Positions 59,069 to 64,000 of a stretch of DNA of 64,000 nucleotides are shown here, piece after piece; the stretch's first letter is position 1; each line of letters opens with the position of its first letter. The stretch comes from Candidatus Poribacteria bacterium (GTDB lineage Bacteria > Poribacteria > WGA-4E > WGA-3G), in contig OZ251518.1 in NCBI GenBank assembly GCA_965242965.1, forward strand, positions 2,080,001-2,144,000. Reading direction: 5' to 3'. The notes beneath the pieces were generated by a model. That model ran no database searches and was not told the origin of the DNA. It saw only the letters and a list, made by a program, of their open reading frames with translations. Both the position numbers and the translations under genes were made by a program.

Positions 59069-62000
59069 CTACGACTCGTCAATCGCCTGCATGACGCGCA
59101 ACGTCTCCGCCACCGCCGCAAGCACCTGCCGATATTGACGAATATCCGCATGCGTCAACGCCTCTCCCTTCCGATCGCGCAGCCACTTTTCGCAGGGTTG
59201 ATACGCACCTATCTCAAACTCCCACACCGCCGATGGCACATCCGAGAAATACTGCGTCCGATTAATCCAGACATGTCCATCGCGGTATTGCACGCGCCCG
59301 ACAACGCTATCGCCTTCACCCTCAAATCGCGATGTTGCACCCGGTATGTCACGCCTGCCGAGATGCGCGTCGATTAAGGTATGTCCAAACCCCGCGAGTT
59401 TTTGGAACTGCGTCTTATCCTCCGGCAAGGGGATACGCGGGAAGTCGTATTTCAAAAATTCAACATACCGTTCGCGATAGGCAGGACCATGCAAAACGGC
59501 ATAGATATAAGCGAGGATGTCCTCTGGCGAAATCCCCTCCGGAAGTCCAAACGGCTTTATTTGCGGCAACGCCAATGTCTCTGAAAGTGCTTTGAGAAAA
59601 GCAGGGGTTAAATTGAGAGCACGTCCTGGGGGCAGCCCGAGTTGCTCTATATTTGTATAAAGGTAGAGCGGGAAAACGTGCGCGGGACCGCTCTTATTGG
59701 AAACGTATCCCTGGTCAGTGATGTTATCGGTTACCAAAGTGTGTTGCCATTTGGGCCCCTTGCTACCCCGACATACACAGAGCGCAAAGTTTCCCCCAGA
59801 ACGCAGGTGCGCACTAATTGCCTGCCGAGGTCTGCAATGAAACCCGCGGTCCCTCGCCGTGTAATAGGTAAATCGCGTATCAAAGGGACGGTAGCGAATC
59901 GGAACAATGTGTTGTTCAGCTTCGGGATGGTTGCGGAGATCCTCCTGCGCAAGACGGATTTGCCAATCTCGCCGGTCTCTGCCTAAATTATATTTCTCCC
60001 GCGCTGCCTCTGCGGGGAGCGACACGAAATCGGTTACCGTTTGCCGAACAGCTTCTCGTGTCAAGTGGATAGTCAACTTATCCCGCGCAGTTACAATTCC
60101 AAGCGAACTTTCTTGAAAGATGTCGGTGACATGCCAGCCGTTCTCATATTCCGTACTGTCTTCGGTTTGCTGCGGCACGAAGAGATAGAAAGGTGCCCTG
60201 GGTTGAAGTTCCTGCCACTCGGTGCTTTGAACATCTATTTCTGACAACCTGCGATATTTCTCGGCGCGTTCACCCCAGACATCGGCGTAATAGACTTTAG
60301 CGGGATCTGGATTGTCACGTTCTTTGACACAGAGCAGAATGGACACGCCTTGCTGGATGTCAAAGACGTTTTCGTCGCTTTCTCCATCGGGGATGTCCTC
60401 GCCGACGCGGCTATTTCCGTGCAGGTTGAGGTGATAAATGGCATTGAAACTTTTCATCAAACTGCGCCGCATCCCCCGAAAAATCACGCCATCGAGAAAC
60501 CCGCTATTGACAATATAACCGAGTGCTCCCTCGCCGTTTTTGTCAATGCGCCATTGTCCCCAGCGGATGAACTTGACGTAATCGCCTTGGAGCCCTTGAT
60601 AGTTTCGTTCGCCGAGAGACTGCCCATCGATGGTTTTGTAGTCCTCAATGAGGCCCCCGATGAAATTCAGTCTGCCGCGCGCATCGCGGCTTGGATTCGC
60701 GGAGCTGCGCGGATACGGCGGATTCCCGACGATGACAAGAATCGGCAAATCTCTTTTCACGGAAACCGCCGCGTTCGCCTCATCGGTGAGGAATTCGGCG
60801 AAGATATGTCCCTCGCGTTCGACCGGTTCCTCCAGCGTATTCGTGAGGTAGATGTGAATGCGTTCGGTATCTGTCCCTGTCCACCCGTGCGCTTGCAGGA
60901 AGCGGCTCAGGTTCAGATGCGCAATCGTATAGGGCGCGACGAGCAATTCAAACCCGAAGAGTCGTTCAGCCAGGGAGGTGTTGACATACGGTGCCCACGC
61001 CGCAGAACCGTCTGTATCAATGACGTGCTGATGGATGTGGTGCAGCACTTCCATGAGGAAACCACCGGTGCCGGTGGCAGGATCGAGGATGAGTGTGTCC
61101 ATATCGGCGAGGCCGTCGGGTTTTCGCAACGCCGTTTTGAGGAGTGCATCGACGGACCTAACGATGTAGGAGATAACGGGTTGCGGCGTATAATAGACCC
61201 CTCTGTCAACGCGTCGCCCCGGGTCATACGCTGCGAGGAATGTTTCGTAGAAATGAATCACCGGGTCTTCGGCGTGAGTGCGTGCGTCAAAGGCGGTGCG
61301 GAGCATGTCGGTGGAGACGCTGCGCAGGAGCGTGGCGATTTCGTCCAAAATCCACGTGACATTGTTGTTTTGCATCCGTCGCGAGGTGACTTGTTGGAAG
61401 AGCTCAATCAGGAACGGATTTGAGTTTGGCAGTGCCTCGGCGGCGGTGCTGCGCGAGAAGTGAGTTGCATTCGGGAGAGTGTATCGCGCCGCGAACATGC
61501 CGTAGGCGAGGGTTTGCGCATACATATCGGCGAAATCGGCGGGTGTCAGCGTTGAGAGGAGTTGTTCCTGAAACGCCTTGAACATGCGAAAGATGGTGCT
61601 TTCTTCGTCGGCGATGGCGGTTGCGATTTGGGTTTGAAGTTCGCGTGTGCGCCGTGCGAGGTGCATTGCGAGGACTTCGGGTGTTGTGATGTTCAGCGTG
61701 CCCGCGTTGAAAAATCGGTTGAGGAGGGTTTCCAGCGCGTGCATGTCTTCGGGTAGGCGGGACATCCCTGTCCCGATTTCTTCGGGTAGGCGGGACATCC
61801 CTGTCCCGAAATCGGCAAATCGAGACCGGGAGGTCTCTCCTACCGGGGAGAGGCGCGCCGTTGCGCGCAATTCGCCCTCGGTATACAGACGAAATTCAAC
61901 GAAATTCGTAAGGATAAAATTATCCAGATTTTCGATGAACCGTGCATTCTGTTCGCGCGCGTGCCCGGTGAGCGCATTCAAGTCTGTGCCGAATTTCTCC

Positions 62001-62233
62001 GCTTCAATGTAGCCGATGGGGAGCAATCCATCGGTGGCAATGAAATCCGGTCTGCCGATGTCAAGTTGGCGCGGTTCGTGCGTCAATGTGATGGCATGTC
62101 CGAGGCAAACCGCGCTCTGTTCCAGGAATGCGCTCAGGTGTCGATGTAAGGAGAGTTCCTCGGTTGCGTTGGTATTGTTGCGCGTCTCTAGTAGTTCTCG
62201 CAGATAGTTGTTGCAGAGTTGTTGAAATTGCAT
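59069..62233 (-). CDS. Type IIG/ISP-like restriction-modification enzyme (N6 MTase plus ISP C-terminal specificity domain, no helicase)
   Basis: RPDF..GYIEAEK nuclease motif, [44 protein letters not shown]; alternative GTG start 62257. Confidence 0.92.
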   Translation of the reverse strand: MQFQQLCNNYLRELLETRNNTNATEELSLHRHLSAFLEQSAVCLGHAITLTHEPRQLDIGRPDFIATDGLLPIGYIEAEKFGTDLNALTGHAREQNARFIENLDNFILTNFVEFRLYTEGELRATARLSPVGETSRSRFADFGTGMSRLPEEIGTGMSRLPEDMHALETLLNRFFNAGTLNITTPEVLAMHLARRTRELQTQIATAIADEESTIFRMFKAFQEQLLSTLTPADFADMYAQTLAYGMFAARYTLPNATHFSRSTAAEALPNSNPFLIELFQQVTSRRMQNNNVTWILDEIATLLRSVSTDMLRTAFDARTHAEDPVIHFYETFLAAYDPGRRVDRGVYYTPQPVISYIVRSVDALLKTALRKPDGLADMDTLILDPATGTGGFLMEVLHHIHQHVIDTDGSAAWAPYVNTSLAERLFGFELLVAPYTIAHLNLSRFLQAHGWTGTDTERIHIYLTNTLEEPVEREGHIFAEFLTDEANAAVSVKRDLPILVIVGNPPYPRSSANPSRDARGRLNFIGGLIEDYKTIDGQSLGERNYQGLQGDYVKFIRWGQWRIDKNGEGALGYIVNSGFLDGVIFRGMRRSLMKSFNAIYHLNLHGNSRVGEDIPDGESDENVFDIQQGVSILLCVKERDNPDPAKVYYADVWGERAEKYRRLSEIDVQSTEWQELQPRAPFYLFVPQQTEDSTEYENGWHVTDIFQESSLGIVTARDKLTIHLTREAVRQTVTDFVSLPAEAAREKYNLGRDRRDWQIRLAQEDLRNHPEAEQHIVPIRYRPFDTRFTYYTARDRGFHCRPRQAISAHLRSGGNFALCVCRGSKGPKWQHTLVTDNITDQGYVSNKSGPAHVFPLYLYTNIEQLGLPPGRALNLTPAFLKALSETLALPQIKPFGLPEGISPEDILAYIYAVLHGPAYRERYVEFLKYDFPRIPLPEDKTQFQKLAGFGHTLIDAHLGRRDIPGATSRFEGEGDSVVGRVQYRDGHVWINRTQYFSDVPSAVWEFEIGAYQPCEKWLRDRKGEALTHADIRQYRQVLAAVAETLRVMQAIDES

Positions 62234-62257
62234 ATTTGTTTGGTTATCCGTTTTCAC

Positions 62258-62480
62258 CGTAGCGATCGTTTTAGGCCCCGTAGCGCGGGGGCCTGTCCCT
62301 CGCGAGCGTCTCGGTTACCGTAGCGTGGGGGCCTGTCCCCCGCGATCGTTGCATGGCGAGGGACAGGCCCTCGCGCTACGGTAAAACAGGCCGTTCCGGT
62401 TACCGTAGCGCGGGGGCCTGTCCCCCGCGATCTCTCGCAGCCCCGAACGATGGCGAGGGACAGGCCCTCGCCCTACGGTA
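62258..62480. repeat. REP mosaic
   Basis: GTAGCGCGGGGGCCTGTCCC three times and gcgagggacaggccctcgc twice. Confidence 0.85.
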
Positions 62481-62538
62481 ATATAAAGCGTTTTTTTTAT
62501 CGGAGCGCGGGCGCGAACAGCCGGAAAGACATCCGCCG

Positions 62539-63567
62539 TTACGACGCATCCGATGACTTCTGCCGACTTAATTCAATCTGCAACTCCCGATAAGCCTCTC
62601 GGAGTTGCGCGAGTTCCTCTTCGGCTTGGGAGGCGCGTGCATCGGCTTGTTCTGCCTCAACCCTTTTTTCTTCGGCAGCTGCTTCTGCGCGCTGTCGTGC
62701 CTCGGCTTCGGCGCGCGCCACTGCTTCCACTTCTTGTGCGCGGGCTGCGGTTTCTTGCGCGCGGGCTTCGATGCGCTGACGTGCCAGAGTTTCCTGTGCG
62801 ACGATTTCCTGCGCCTGTGCAGCTGCTTCCTCCGCTCGGCGTGCCGCTGCCTCGGCGAGATCTGCTACCGTCGCCGCTGCCTCTGCGCGTGCCTCCGCTT
62901 CGTCCATCGGTGTTTCCAGCCACCGCCCCGCAACCGGGTCATAGTAGCCGAATCCATCGCCGCGTGAACCAAGGAACAACCCCAACGTCTCCGCGTAAAC
63001 CTTGCCATCTGGCTCCGGGCGAATGGGAACGTATTCAGTGTCGACGAGGCGAAAGCCCATCAACGGCATCGGTAAATACTTACCCTCCGAATCGAAAAGG
63101 AAGTATTCCCGAACACCAAGCACTTCCGCGTAGAGCGTTTTCTTCGGACCCAAATCGTTGGCGAACGTGCGCTGGCTCGAAAACTCTAGCACGAAATCTG
63201 GCGGCTTCCCTTCCTCCCAGATGCGATAGATGCGCCGCTGCTTCTTTTCGACACCGAAGGTGACAAAGATATCCGGTGCCACCGATTTCTTCGGGTCTTT
63301 CATAACGTAATACATGAGCATGTCGCCGGAGACGCAGACATCCGGCACGTCTTGAAAGCGCGCTTTAAGCGTCAGGATCGAGTCAATCATCAGGTCGCGA
63401 TTCAGTTCGGTTTCAGCCATAGGTTGTCCATCCGATTCGGGGTATTCCGTATCGTCGTCAAATGCCAGCTCGTAAGGGAGCGGCGGCGGCGGTGCCTCGC
63501 GGTAAGCGGGGTATATCGCCGCGGTGTGTTGATTGGTTTGCGCTTTGGTTTGCATTTTAGTTTGCAT
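62539..63567 (-). CDS. Uma2/DUF820 family endonuclease with coiled-coil tail
   Basis: YPESDGQPMAE, APDIFV, PPDFVLEFSS, GVREYFLFD; EA/RA-rich C-terminus. Confidence 0.92.
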   Translation of the reverse strand: MQTKMQTKAQTNQHTAAIYPAYREAPPPPLPYELAFDDDTEYPESDGQPMAETELNRDLMIDSILTLKARFQDVPDVCVSGDMLMYYVMKDPKKSVAPDIFVTFGVEKKQRRIYRIWEEGKPPDFVLEFSSQRTFANDLGPKKTLYAEVLGVREYFLFDSEGKYLPMPLMGFRLVDTEYVPIRPEPDGKVYAETLGLFLGSRGDGFGYYDPVAGRWLETPMDEAEARAEAAATVADLAEAAARRAEEAAAQAQEIVAQETLARQRIEARAQETAARAQEVEAVARAEAEARQRAEAAAEEKRVEAEQADARASQAEEELAQLREAYRELQIELSRQKSSDAS

Positions 63568-63589
63568 TGTCGTTTCTCCTTCCTTTTCA

Positions 63590-63930
63590 CGTAGGGCGGT
63601 GGGGAAACCTGTCCCTCGCCATGCGTTTTGGTGGCAGACTGCATCACCCCTGTAGGTCAGGATCGCCTGATCCTGAACCGTTCGGGAGCAGGCGCTCCCG
63701 AACTACAGAGGGGGGCTTGCCATCCCCCGGCATGGCGAGGGACAGGCCCTCGCCCTACGGTAAAACGGGCCGTTTTTTCACCGTAGCGCGGGAGTCTGTC
63801 CCCCGCGATCGTGGCATAGCGAGGGAAACCCGCTCGCATGCGCGGATGGCATCCGAGGGCCCAAGCCCTACGATGAAGGGGCTTTCTGCCGCCCTATTGC
63901 ATCGAGACCAGGAGGTCTCTCCTACCGAGC
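63590..63930. repeat. REP mosaic
   Basis: Same hairpin families as the other clusters. Confidence 0.85.
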
Positions 63931-64000
63931 CCCCGCGCATTTACCGGAAGGCAGGCAGATTACAGCAACAGCCCTTTCTCAGCCATCGCGATGGCACTGA

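Overview
This is a 64-kb bacterial chromosomal segment, most likely Candidatus Poribacteria. That taxon call is an inference from the C-terminal 'AVDxxxKLATxWGxLK' motif, the coiled-coil Uma2 protein, the Sel1/TPR proteins and the dense GTAG-footed palindromes. Housekeeping genes include serA, smpB with tmRNA, a DnaJ-type protein, mtnK, asd, hup, sppA, polysaccharide genes, secA, tRNA-Pro, hom, yceD-rpmF-fabHDG-acpP-fabF-folK, sucC-pgk-proS-sucD, panB and trpG/pabA. Defence-type loci are interleaved: an MTase-REase-MTase cluster, an MTase-Mrr fusion frameshifted at a G9 tract, an FRG/TPR/Sel1-protease/DUF932 islet, a truncated R.PabI-like gene followed by two tandem DUF262 (GmrSD-like) paralogues with duplicated leader hairpins, and a type ISP/IIG-like RM enzyme carrying REP palindromes in frame. 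Many intergenic gaps hold mosaics of about 8 related GTAG-hairpin REP families and a four-box ~175-bp palindrome, some bounded by an IS-like terminal motif. I saw no CRISPR array, integrase or transposase. All family calls come from recognising motifs by eye, not from database searches.
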